DNA of 64,000 nt from Vicugna vicugna (Eukaryota): contig MU058444.1 of the NCBI GenBank assembly GCA_013265495.1, positions 930,001 through 994,000 of the forward strand, written 5' to 3'. The notes under the pieces are model-generated. The model searched no databases. It was not told where the DNA came from and worked only from the letters and a program-made list of their open reading frames with translations. Below are positions 26,030 to 38,566 of the stretch, in pieces. Position 1 is the first letter of the stretch; every line of letters begins with the position of its first letter. The position numbers were made by a program, and so were the translations under genes.

Positions 26030-26560
26030 ACAACAGAGTAGAGTTGTTAAGACATGATCTCTTGGATCAATCAGACTTAGATTTTATTTTAGTTTCACTA
26101 CTTGCTTTTAGGGTAAACTTGGGTAAGTTACTGAATTCTCTGATCTTTAGCTTCTAACCCCTGTAAATGGGGTCAACAACATTTTTCTATAAAGGGTCAG
26201 ATAGTAAATATTTAGGCGTTGTTGGCCATGGGGTCAAGGTGGCAACTACTCGGTTCTGACTTATAAAGCAAAATGGATGGGGCTCTGTTCCAATAAAACT
26301 TCATTTATGAGTATGCAATGTAAATTTCACATGATTTTCACATGTCAGAAAATATTCTTCCTTATTATGTCTCAAACACTTAAACATTTTAAAGCCATTC
26401 TTAGTTCATGGGCCACACAAAAACAGATGACAGGCCAGACTCTTGGGCCATAGTTTGCCAAATCTTGATCTATAAAATGGAAACAATTTTATTAGCTCCC
26501 TTGTGGAGTTCTGATGAAGAATGAAACAGATAATGAAGGCAAAATTCTTAGCACTATTTT
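26030..26560 (+). mobile_element. MIR interrupted by a MER58-like element
   Basis: MIR 5' part (aacttgggtaagttactgaattctctg...ctgtaaat) runs to ~26167 and resumes at ~26470 (tataaaatgg...ttcttagcac). Confidence 0.65.
26168..26468. mobile_element. MER58B-like hAT-Charlie element
   Basis: ggggtcaacaacatttttctataaagggtcagatagtaaatatttagg...gttccaataaaactt...gggccatagtttgccaa. Confidence 0.85.
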
Positions 26561-28543
26561 GGCCTTTACAATTTTTTTTTCAAGTACGTGTGGTTTGTAT
26601 AGACATTCAGGGAGTTAATATATATTGTTCAACCCTGTTGTTATTCAGAATAGATTTGTGTACCTGTTTGGGAAGTAGCTTTAAAGATTGCACTAGGCCC
26701 TCCAACTTGCTGAGAACTTGGCAGCGGGAGCCAGCAGGAGGGAGGCCACAAATGTACCAGTTGAAGTCAAATTGCTTAGCTGGGTAGCAGCCCCTTGGTG
26801 TTACAGGACTTGGGTAATTCCAGGTTTCAGGCAGGCCGGGAGCAACGCTGAGGAAATCCAATTTAGTAGGTTGAACAAAGTAGCAGGGGTCATACACAAC
26901 AAGAAATGTTCACATCACTGAGTCACCAATACCAAGTTTCCTCATTCAGAATTAGTCAGGTGAACAGAGAGTTACAGCAAGGATGCAAATCCAGTGGGGA
27001 TCTACACGCTACAACCCGAAAATGAGGTGTCAGACAAAGCAGACAGAGATGGATGTCAGCTCTGGCGATGCATATTTGAGTTTCCTGTGCTCAACCGGGA
27101 GCCCTGCCTGCCAAGTTTACAGCAATAAAACTCATTCCAAGGGTGGAAAATATTGGTCTCGATAAAAAATACATAGGCCAAGCAGGGCCCTGGCATTTGC
27201 ACATACAATATCTCATTAAATCTCTACTCAACAGTGTGTATCACTCGCATTTTTATAGACAGTAAATGGGAGAGCCAGACATGGTCTATCAAGATCTAAA
27301 TTCCATTCTCTACTATAGCATTAAAGAGGGATTCATTTTTAATTCCTAAATGTTCCTGTTAGCTCTCTCTCTTAAGCTTTGATAACCTAGTAGAAGGTTG
27401 GCCAGCAGAGCTGAGCTGGTTCAACAGGAGAATCTAGGATAAAGGTAATGCTGTATTCAGACTCACCTGGATTTTCTTGTTTTCTAACAATCTATTCCCC
27501 TGGTTAGGAAACTTCCATGGTTGCAAAAACTGTAGGGTGTTACCTGCCAATTCCTACTTCTCTATAAATATGCAAAGAATTACAGTCACAGGTAGCTTTA
27601 TCAAGAAGCTAATGAATCATGGCTTGGAGCTCTTTCCATAGTGGATGTGGAGAGGTGCTGGGAGCATGGCATCCTGCCCAGCTTGGGTACCACCCTCTGT
27701 ACCATGATGGTGTTCCTGGAGCTGAGGACAGACCAACAGGCTGCCAGCTTTACCCCTAATAGTTAGATCTCTGCCTGGTGGACCTCATCATGCATCTGGA
27801 CCTCATCCTTGACTTAAAGACAAAGGAATTGATTTAGAGTCTGCTCCATTGCCCCTTGCTCAGATGTTACCATGACCAGGCTTCATGGCTACATCAGACC
27901 CTACACACCAATAGCCTGGTGAGGGCTGGCACGGGGAGGATGTGGCTGAACTTGACCAGCAGCTGCCACCGTAGTTCTCTGTTGACTTGCCTCCAGGCAA
28001 GAAGCACCTTCTGAGCAGACATAGCGTCATCAGTAAAGAAATGGAGCACAGAGGGACACTTCTGAATCAATCATTTGTAAAAACACACCCGACTTCCCAT
28101 CAACTATGCCAGGGTAGCACTTGAATATTACTCTCCTGTTCTCTTTTTAGCAAATAATATTATAAAATCGTTGTCCTGGGAAGAGGCAGTCAAAGAATAT
28201 GCACAGGAAATGAGGTGTTTGACAGCTGTATTGGGTTATCAATTAGCAATACTGACACATTATTTTTTCTGTATTTTCTGATGCTTGGTGGTTTAACTTT
28301 TAAGGATTTGTTAAGATTTCTTATCCATAATAAATATGTACTTTTATTCCTTATATTTATTCATACTTATACAATCTTTTCCTTAAGGGGGGAGGTCCCA
28401 AAATTGAATATGCTTCAAGTATCACAAAACTCGAATCAAGCCTGAGTCCAAGGGTGAGGTCCCTGTTTAGCATGGAGTGGTGCCCAACCCAAGACGGCTT
28501 CTCTGATGCATAGACATTGTGTCTACTCCATTGCAAATTCTTT

Positions 28544-28670
28544 TTTTGGGGGGGGGGGAGTAATTAAGTTTATTTATTTATTTATTTACCTGGTGGAGGT
28601 ACTGGGGATTGAACCCAGGACCTCATGCATGCTAGGCATGCACTCTACCACTAAGCTGTACCCTCCCCCT
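28544..28670 (-). mobile_element. tRNA-Ala-derived SINE (Vic-1 type) with 10-bp TSD
   Basis: Antisense head ggaggtactggggattgaacccagg...cactctaccactaagctgtaccctcccc; TSD caaattcttt at 28534-28543 and 28671-28680. Confidence 0.95.
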
Positions 28671-30417
28671 CAAATTCTTTCATTTTTCCACCATAAATAT
28701 TTTTTTTCCTCACTCTGTGCATTGCTAGTGATGTGTTTGTGTTTGTTGCCCATGTATTCCTTGCCTCGGTCAGAAATGAGTCAGAAATGGGCAATGTTGA
28801 ACTTGCCTGTGGAAAGCATTTTACTGGCCGTGGCCATGGGCAAATTATGTGATCTCTCAATATCTAAGTTTTAAGAATCTATTCTATGGCTTGTACTGAG
28901 CGTCAAATGAAATTATGCTGCAGTGGTTTCTGGCTTGCAGGAGGATTTCAGTGTTAGCTGATTGAATGTTTATCGATCGACATCATTTTTGTTTTAAACA
29001 GATCTGTGAAAGGCAGAAACTAGATTTGATGTCTCACTCTTTGGATATTTACATTGGTGCCAAAATCTTCACAGTCAGGGGTCCTTGACAGGTGAAAACA
29101 ATAAGACAATAAAAATAGGTGGGAGCTGTGTTTGATGAGAGTGAAATGTGCTCACTGAGTGACGTGTGGCGCTAAAGTGGTCCAGCCACTGGTCGAACCC
29201 TTTACCCAAGAGAGTACCAAACACGTAGAATTCAGAAGCAACTTCCCAGAATGTTTATCCTTCGATGGTGTCTACTTTGACAGGGTTCCCACAAACACAA
29301 TCCCATACGTAGTGTACGAGGTTCACTGTGTCTAAAACTAAATCCGACTCACCTCATAGAGATCCACTCGGTTCTGCTCGGCTCCTTTGGTGAGAAGGCA
29401 AGAGGAGCTGATGTACATTCTGTCAGTACATCTCAGTGCGTAAGATAACACAGTGAAACTGGCAGCCTGACAGGCATCCTGCAGGAATAAATGCAAGTAA
29501 TTTTGAGTTCCGGGGAAGAAAATTATTTTATAAATTCAAGATAGCCTTATATCTCATTTCCTTCCCGATGCTTTGTTAAAACAGAGTTTGAAATAGAAAA
29601 GAACAAAGAAGACCAGCCCTGTACTGTATACAGTAGAAGTAATGTTCAGTTTTATTTTCTTTAAAATTATCGGTCTGAATTCAGTTAATGATGAAAAAAA
29701 AAAAACACATTCTTTTTGAGTGGTCGTGTAAAACTCCCAAATGAGATTCATACAAAATAAACAAATGTCACAGTACTAGTGATAATCTGCATGTCATTTG
29801 TTTGAATGCTTTTTTCTGTAATGCATAACCAGTTAAAATATATTTTAGTAGACCGAATGAACATATCCATCTCTTTAAAAGTTATGCATCTTCTAATAGT
29901 TATGTAATTTGCCACACAGTTTCTCCAGTAAATTAAAGAATATGAAGAGACAGAGTTATCATATTTTAATGACATAGATGAAAGTGTACACATAGCAACC
30001 AAACACAAGAAAACCAAACCAATATTCCATTGCTAAAAAGACACTGAAAACGTTTTACTTACTGGGCATTTTCACATTCATTTTTACAAACAGCAATTCA
30101 ATTTCCAAAGGCAGAGATAATAATTTCTTAGAAATATGGACTAAAGTGGTCATACACCATTTAAAATAATTTATCTAGTTCCTTTCTCTGCAGAGTTCAT
30201 ATTTGATATTCATAATTAGGTCTCTAAGAATCAATCAGGGAAACTATCTCACTGAAGGTAATTTTCTAAATTTAATAAGTCTGCAATTCTGTAACTGTGG
30301 TATGGCTCAAAAGTGAGAGATCTCCAGATGGTTCTCATACGACTAAATTTTGTAATAACTACAGTAACTCTCAGACTTGAGCAATTACACACCATGATTT
30401 CTTCTTTTCTCTCATGT

Positions 30418-33400
30418 GTTTTTTCAACTTTGTTGAGGTACAGTTGACAAATATAATTGTAAGATAAAGTGTACAATGTGATGATTTGATATACATGTAT
30501 ATTATGGAAGAATTCCCCCATCAAATTAATAAACACATCCATAATCTCTCAATTTTACCTAAAAGCTCTTGCTGATTTAGCTCATCCATCGCTTGGCTCT
30601 AAATGGAAACTGTGTGTAGCAATGAGTTTGACTTTTTATTTGACTCTTTTAGATTCCACATATAAGTGATACCATGCAGTACATGTCTTTCTCTGACTTG
30701 TTTCACTTAGCATAACGCCCTCACGTTTCATCCATGTTGTCACAAATGACAGATTTCCTTCTTTTCAATGTTGAATATTATTCTATCATGCATATACCAA
30801 ATTTTCTTTATCCATTCATCTGAAGAAGGATGCTTAGATTGTTCATATACCTTGGCTATTGTGAATAATGCTGCTATGAACATGAGAGTATAAATATCTT
30901 GTCAAGATGATTTCGTTTCCTTTGGGTATATACCCCGAAGTGGAATCACAGGATTATATAGGAATTCTATTTATAATTTCCTGAGGAACCATCATATTGT
31001 TTTCTATAGTGATTGTACCAGTTTACATTCCCACCAACAGTGTACACTTGTTCCTTATTTTTTCCACATCTTCCCAGCATTTGTATTGTTTGATATGCAT
31101 TTCCACAATGAAGAGTGATGTTGAGCACTTTTCTCTGTGCCTGATGGCCATTTGATTGTCTTCTTTGAAAAAAAAAGTCTCTCTTCAGATCTTTTGCTTC
31201 CAAATAATCCAATAAAAATTGGGTTATTTGTATTTTTGCTATTGAATTCTGTGAGTTCTTTGTATATGTTGGATACTAATCCCTAATCAGATTGGCAGTT
31301 TGCCAAAATTTTCTCCATTCCATAGGCTGCCTTTTCATTGTGTTGATGGTTTCTTTTGCTGTGCAAAAGTTTTTTAGTTTAATGTGGTCCCACTTGTTTA
31401 TTTTTGCTTTTGTTGCCTTTGCTTTTTGTATAAAATCCAAAAAAAAAAATGTTACCAAGAAGAATGTCAAGGAGTTTACCCCACTATATTTTCTTATAGA
31501 AGTTTTACAGTTTCAGGTCTTACCTGTATGTCTTTAATTCATTTTGAGTTAATTATTTTACATGTAGACAACCAGTTTTCCCAGCGGTATTTATTACAGA
31601 GGCTTTCCTCTCATTGTGTGTTCTTTGTGCCTCTGTCAAAGATTAGTTACCCATACATTGTGTGTTAATTTGGGGGCTTGATCCTGTTCCATTGGTCTCT
31701 TTGTCTGTTTTTATGCCAGAATCATACTGTTCAGATTACAGTAGCTTGAAATACAGCTTGAAATTAGGACATGTGATGCCTCCAGCTTTGTTCTTCTTTC
31801 TCAAGATTTCTTTGACTATTTGGAGTCTTTTGTGGTTCCATACAAATGTTAGGACTTCTTTTTTTTTTTTTCTTTTTCCTATTTCTGTAAAAAATGCCAT
31901 TGGAATTTTGATAGGAATTGCGTTGAATCAATAGATCGCTTTGGTAGTATGACCATTTTATCAATATTAATTCTCCCAATTCTTGAACATGAAATATCTT
32001 TCCATTTATTTGTGTCTTCTTTAATTTCTTTTATATATATATATATATATATATTTTATTGAAGTCTAGCCAGTTTACAATGTTGTGTCGATTTTGGTAT
32101 ATAGCACAATGCTTCAGTCGTATAGGAACATGCATATATTCGTTTTCATATTCTTTTTCACTGTAAGTACTACCAGATATTAAATATAGCTTCCTGTGCT
32201 CTACAGTATGAACTTGTTGTTTATTGGATTTTGTGAAAATCCTCCTGTATTTTAAAGTGAGAGACACTCTGCCAGAGCTCAGTGGTGTTCTGTGCAATTC
32301 AGTGGGTTTGTAGATGTAATTCTTGGTGTATTTGGGGGAGAGGGTGAGCTGTGAGTCTCTTTTCTCCGCCACCTTGGCTCCGCCTCTTTAATTTCCTTCG
32401 CGAATGCCTTATAGGTATCAATGTGCAAATCTTTCACCTCCTTGATTAAATGTATTTCTAAGTATTTTTTTCTCTTTGATGCTATGGTAAGTGGTTCTGA
32501 CAGTTTGTTGTTGATATACAGAAACACAACTGACTTTTCAATATTGATTGTAGGCTGATTAGAAACTGGACCCTCAGGCAGCAGATGCGAAAGTGTGTAA
32601 TTAATTAAGCCCCTTTCAGGGAGAAACTGGGAAGTGGGCATTTTTTGCCCGTTTCCTCTGCACTGGCCCCAGGTGTATGGGGGCATGTGTGGGAGAGTGT
32701 TCAGGTGTGCAGGAGGCCCATCCGTCAAGTGGCAGCCAGCAAAGCTGGGGTGTTAGATGTGTGTACAAGCATCTTGTAGGGAGATAACGGTGACTTGGCT
32801 TTATTATTGGAGCAGGCTGCAGGGAAAGGCGGGAGACGTAGCCATTGCCTTCCTGGTTACTGGGGACAATGGCACGCAGCCCCTAGATGCCTGCTGAATT
32901 AGAAACCTGGCCCTTATCCAGCACCTTTAAAAGTATCTAGATAAACCCCTTCCTGGAGAAGACTGGGAGATGGGTGTTTATTACCCGCTCTCTCTGTACT
33001 GAGCCCTCAGGGATGGAGAGTCAGGCATCCAGTATGTACGCTCCTTTGTTTGCTGTGGGATTTGGGGATTAAGCCTTGCTGGCTACCAGGGCGGGGCAAT
33101 CTGGGGACCCACCCCTTAGGGAGCAGCCTTAAAGGCGAGGGAGGGTGCAGTTGGGTGTTCGAGCTCCTTCCAGAGAGATACTGGTGACTTGGAGCAGGCT
33201 GCAGGGGGAAGGCAGAGGTGGCCCTTGGCTCCCCAGGGCTCTGGGAAGGATCTTAGCCTGCCCCCAAAGCCCACTAAGTTAGAAGCCTGGCCCTCAGGCA
33301 GCAGCTTTTAAAGTATGAAGCTCTTTCCCAGAAGGACTGAGAGAAGGACAGTACACCTGCTCCCTGAGCCCTGGAGGCGTAGCTGGGGCAGGCGCTGGTT

Positions 33401-33793
33401 CACCGTGAGGAACTGCCTCTTTATTTGCTATGATCTTGTGGGGGTCTCAAGCCTTCTCAGTAGCCAAAGCTAGGTGTTTGGGGAACCCTTCCCTTTGGTG
33501 ACAGTCTGAAAAGTTGGGGGTGATAATTGTGGAATCCACATACTTTGTTCTTCAGGGAGAATCTGGGATTTGGAGGGTCCCTCCCAATTATAGAGCGCTG
33601 TGTCTAGGAGGGGGCGTGGCTTAAAGCAAGAATGTCTCAGCCTTTCTTGGCTGTTCCGATGTGGGTTTTTTTCCCTCACCTGTCTTATGTATAGGAGTGG
33701 CTCAGCTAGTTCGTAGACTGTTCTGTGTGTCGCCGCACATTCAGTGCGTCCGTGGGCGGAGGGGAGTCCAGGCGTCTTCCCTCGCTCATATTG
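30418..33793 (-). mobile_element. Older L1 (L1MA9-like): 3' UTR, 3' part of ORF2, large internal deletion, and 5' UTR with tandem monomers
   Basis: Minus-strand ORF fragments KAKATKAKINKWDHIKLKNFCTAKETIN and INIEKSVVFLYINN...YLEIHLIKEVKDL are L1 ORF2. The 3' end is at 30418 and the GC-rich 5' UTR spans ~32550-33793. Confidence 0.9.
32032..32384 (-). mobile_element. Bipartite mini-L1 (L1 5' end fused to L1 3' end) inserted in the older L1, with TSD
   Basis: The sense read starts ggcggagccaaggtggcggag...agctcaccctctcccccaaatacacc (L1 5' terminus pattern) and joins at 32224/32225 to ataaacaacaag...cttcaataaaa+(TA)n (L1 3' terminus). TSD tctttaatttc at 32018-32028 and 32385-32395. Confidence 0.85.
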
Positions 33794-34791
33794 CATTTGA
33801 CAATAAAGAATGTCTACTTTTCCCTTGTAAGTTAGCAGCCACGGTATATCACTTATTTTATAGACTTTGTTCCAACAGTGTGGGAAAAGAGTTACAACAC
33901 AGGCATAATCTTGTAAGAAACAGACACGTGAGAATTACTGCGGCGAATATGCAGAAAGCCCGCCTCCACGCGAAACGTGCTCCGCAGCACTTGGCAGGGG
34001 CTTGCGTTGGATCTGTCGTCTATAGACTGCTCTCTTTAAACCTGTACTTATGAAGGAATAAAAGAAAATCAAAATGATTTCAGTAAGGTTGCTTGTATTC
34101 TGATGTGAGTTGGAGATGCTACAGTGGGCGGCATGAAGTGCGGAGGCAAAATGTTTGTCTTGAACCTCGTCTTCTTCCGCAGTTAAAAGTGAAGCTGCCA
34201 CCAAAACAGTTACTCCAAGTTTAGGTCCGTGACGGTAGGTAGCATCACGTGGTCAGCTCAGAAAAGCCTATCTTTTCTCAGTGTAGCCAACATGCCGCTC
34301 TCGGGGGCTTAGACTGACCTCCGGGGACCCCAGGTAGGATCCCCAACCCTGCAGTCCAATCCAGTGTGAGGCAGGGGAGATAGGGCTGGCAGGAGGCAGT
34401 CTGGGACTGTGTTGAACTGATCCTGGGGCAAAGGTCTTTACTATAACCATGATTTGACGCGCTCAGCTCACGGAACCGCCAGTGTCCCCTACTCTGCCTG
34501 GCCGCATTTTCCAAATTTCTGTTATTCCCTCTTAACCTCAGTTTCTACTTCACAACCAATTTTCCTACTAGGCTCTGGCCCTACTTAGCTAACCCTTGAT
34601 TCTGCCAAGGCACCGTGTCCTGTCCTCTTAAATGTAAGTCGCTTCTAGGGGGATAAAAACAAGAAAAATCAATCAGATGACCAGCAAAGCCATTTGCTTC
34701 CTAAGTAATTTTTCTGTAGTTGTCAAATCAGGCCCTGGGGGAAGGGACCTGGCTAAGCCGCTGTCTCCCTAGCCCTTTCCATGCTGCAGTT

Positions 34792-34910
34792 GGTTGTTTT
34801 TTGTTTTATTTTGTTTTGTTTTGTTTTTAATGGAGGTACAGGGATTGAACCCAGGACCTCATACGTGCGTGCTAAGCATGAGCTCTACCACTGAGCTGTC
34901 CCCTCCCCCT
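34792..34910 (-). mobile_element. tRNA-Ala-derived SINE (Vic-1 type)
   Basis: Antisense ggaggtacagggattgaacccaggacctc...gctaagcatgagctctaccactgagctgtccctccccc-like head with a (TTTTG)n tail. Confidence 0.9.
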
Positions 34911-35689
34911 AGTCAATTGCATTCTTAAGCCCTAGGTAAGCAGGGCCCGCACTCAGCTTTACAATAGAGCTGGTCAAGCCCTTAGGTTTTGTTTCTTGCT
35001 GAGATTCCAGCAAGCCTCAGTCCTAGTCCTCTGAGTTAAACACATGGGAAGATCGTCTGAGTGATCGATCACGGTGAATATCTGGCCCTCCCATCTTCAG
35101 TCTTTTTGTGAAGCTCACGGAAAAGACCCCGAACTGATCTCAGAACCTTTTCTAAGCCCGACATCGACTTACAGGTCTTGTTAACTCACTACTGCAGCCA
35201 ACTACCACTAACACGGAAGAAGAAAAGAATCGTTCATCGTAACGTATTTTCCACGTGAAGAACGTTTATTCAAAGTACTTCTCTTTAAGGAGTTTATAGA
35301 TCCTTTTTATCTGGTCTTGAAAAATGCCACAGGAATTAGAGAAGATGGACAGGGACAGAGGACCAGATTTTTAATAAAAATGATGTAGTTTAAAGCAATT
35401 CAGTAATTTAAAGGCCCTCAGTATAGATCAGAATATTAATTCCCTTTTAAGATCCATCAGAATTAAGGGTGATTCCCTTCTCTGAGCTTAAATGTCAAGA
35501 AAATTAGATATAGAAGGGCCGAAAGAGATATCCCGCTCTTTAAATGAATATAATGCTAAGCAGTAGGAATCTATCATAGGACTGCTTCCAGCTGGGACCT
35601 GAATTGGGGCTTGTTACTTATGCAGTTACTTCTGACCCTGAGGCAAATGGGAAAAAAAGGATTAAGCAAGGATTAAACATCTTATTTTA

Positions 35690-36620
35690 AGCTGATAACA
35701 ACTTGACCTTGATCACATGCAAGAGTTTTGTGATTTTACCACCACCCCTCACATTTTAGGTTATTTATGTTACAGTTTGACATGGTTGGATTAATAGCAA
35801 TCATACTCCTTACTGTTCTCTGCTTTCCACACTTGTTCTTTGTTCTTAATGTTGCCTTCTACTTTTTCTCCCTTCTGAGGATTTAATTCAGGATTTTAAA
35901 TAAATCCATTTCCTTTCTTCTCTTAGCATATCAATTATAAGTCTTTTTACACTATTTTTTTTAGTAGTTACCCACGTTTGCAATATACATTTACCACTAA
36001 TCCAAGTCCACATTCAAATAACACTATCTCCATGCATGGCTTGAAAATTTTCTAATAAAAAAATCATAATGTCTTCCTACCATCACTTGTGTCATCACTT
36101 TCAATGATGGAGTAAAAATCAGCCATCTGTTAGATGGAGATGGTTAGTTAATGGATCGTGACAGAAACTTAAGAAACGCTCTGCCCAGTTGAGTTAGACT
36201 CATTATTTCTGCAGAGAGTAGAGGTAAACCTTTATTTCTAAGACTGTGAAAGAGTAGGTACCCTGAGAGATTAACATAAGATAGACAGTGTGCATGTCTT
36301 GTGTGAGCACGGCCAAGTAGTAGCAATGAGCTCGACATGTTAGAGATTGGAAGTTTTGTTTGTTTTCTTTTTAAATCAAATTAAATGTATACAGGAATAG
36401 TTTTCACACAAAATTTCAAGTGTAGAATTTGACCACTCTGAGTAACGTATGCACTCTTGCAATTAGGACCACAGTCAAGATACAGAACATTTCTATCACC
36501 TTAAAATGTTCCACTGTGACCTTTGCAGTCAGTACCCACTGCCAGCTCAGGAACTAATGACCTACTTTCTGTCACTAAATATTAGATGTGTCCTTCCCAG
36601 AATTTCTAATCAGGTAACGT
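35690..36620 (-). mobile_element. Old L1 fragments (L1ME/MB-like)
   Basis: T-rich antisense L1-like sequence at ~35690-36100, and a 3' end pattern at ~36365-36620 (cacagtcaagatacagaacatttctatcacc). Confidence 0.55.
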
Positions 36621-37224
36621 GTATGAAGCCAATAGTTTAGTACTGAGCATTCACTAGTTATCTCAATAGTGTGAGTTCATACCTTGCTGTATTTAATAGG
36701 ACAGCACCCTAGTTTAACAATGCTCACACGTTTGGAGAGTTTGAATCAGTCCCTCTGCCCATAATTGTTTTAAAGGAACTCTGTTACCAATCATTTAAAG
36801 AGCACTGAGTAGGTCTCATTCATTCATTTATTCATTCAATAATTCATTCAACACATAGTTCTTAAGCACCTCTCTGTATCAGGCAGTATTTAACTGAGAT
36901 ATAATATGAACAAAGATCAAATAACTCCCTGTCTTTCACTGAGCTTACATCTTCAGGCAGGTAGCTAGACAACAAACGTACCAATAAAATAAAATCGTTA
37001 GCTTTTAGAAGGCAGTAAGTGCTATTGAAAAAACAAAGCAGGATAAAAGGAATTGGGAGTAGAAGTGGTGGAGAGAGTGGGATTTTTAAATGGAATAGTC
37101 AGGATAATCTACGCTAGCAGGGTGACACTTGAGAAAATCCAGTAGATGAGGAGGTAAGCCATGAGACTATCTGGAAGAAGGTTGTTACAGAAGAAGAAAA
37201 AGTTGACGCAAAGACTCAGGAAGG

Positions 37225-37630
37225 AGCCAGAAACCACAACTCATAAACCCGTTCTGACTTGTAAAATGCAAGAATGTTAACTGGCATACGGCACAAAACT
37301 AAGTTCTGACTGTTTGAATGTCAACTAGTCCAGACTCACATATTCATATATTTCAAGATAAAATCATAGACAAACTGATAGAGCAGGACTCATGGCTTCC
37401 AAAGACTTCTGCCTGGTTTAGCAACTTCCGTAATTTACAAATTCTCACCCACCTCTGCCTTTTGCCCTAAAACCAATCTGTGGCTAATCCAGCCTTCATA
37501 TCTCTGACTCGCTCTTGTTGAGACACTTCTGAGACTCTGCCAAGGCAGTACTGTCTCACATTCACCAAGTTTAATGAATCCAGCTTCCTGTGACCAACAG
37601 GTTTCGCTGATGGTCTTTGTACGGAGGCTT
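37225..37630 (+). mobile_element. ERV1 LTR, MER110/MER90-like
   Basis: gagacacttctgagactctgccaaggc...aagtttaatgaatccagctt...gaccaacaggtt resembles the R/U5 of this LTR group; it interrupts the L2. Confidence 0.5.
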
Positions 37631-38187
37631 CCTGAAGCCTGAGGCAGGAAAGTACCTGGAATTTTAAAATGACAAATAGTTCAGTGAGGCTGAAGCTAAG
37701 TGAGTGAGGAGAAGTGCAGTGGGAGAGGCAAGAGGTCGCATGATGGAGAGTCTTACTGGTCATTTTAAGGATTTGATGTTCCTCTCGGTGACAAGTGAGA
37801 CCCTGGGAGGTTTTAGGAAGAGATGTGATCCCACCTACTTCATTCTGAAAAGTTTCACTCTAGGTGCTGTGTTAGGAATAGACTGGAGGAGGACCGTCTT
37901 GGGAGCAAGTTGAGCAGTTAGGAAGCTATCAAAATAATCAAGGGAAGAGATGTTAGCTTGAACAATATGGTGGCAGTAGAGACACCGAGAAAAGATTGGA
38001 CTCTGGATATATTTTGCAAGTGGGGTCAAGGGGATTTACTAATGGATTGGCTGTGGAAATAAGAGAGAAAGAAGAGTCAGGGATGATTCCACAGCAACTC
38101 AAAGTGTGAAATTTGCACCTCCTAATTGGCAAAGACTAGCATCCTACAGACTGGCAGAGGAATTTGAGTAATCGAGTTTTGGACGTT

Positions 38188-38566
38188 GTGATGGACTGAA
38201 TTCTTATGTTGAGAATTGTGTCTCTTCAAAATTCTTATGTTGAAGCCGTAACTCTCAGTACCTCAGGTTGTGACTATAATTGGAGGTAGGGCCTTTAAAA
38301 AAGTAACAGATTAAAATAAAGTAACTAGGGTGGGGCCTTGTCCAATATGACTGGCGTCTTTGTAAGAAGAAGCAATCAGGACCCAGACACACACAGAAGG
38401 AGGACCACGTGAAGACACAGGGAGAACACGGCCATCTAAAAGCCAAGGAGGGACGCCTCAGAAGAAACTCATTCTGCTAACACTTTGATTTCAGACCTCT
38501 AGCTTCTAGATTCATGAGAAAATAAATTTCTGTTGGTCGTTATGACAGCCCTAGCAAACTAGTACA
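38188..38566 (+). mobile_element. MLT1B-like MaLR solo LTR
   Basis: TG...CA ends (tgtgatggactgaatt...gccctagcaaactagtaca), gggtggggccttgtccaatatgactgg, gaccacgtgaagacacagggagaa, aataaatttctgttg. Confidence 0.9.

Noticed and set aside
32279..32728. 149-aa minus-strand ORF
   Set aside because: A chance chimera of L1 5' UTR, an ORF2 fragment and the mini-L1 insertion.
14107..34910. Five tRNA-Ala(AGC)-like sequences as tRNA genes
   Set aside because: They have mismatched stems, extra 5' G-rich leaders, A-rich tails and (in two cases) TSDs, so they are SINE copies.
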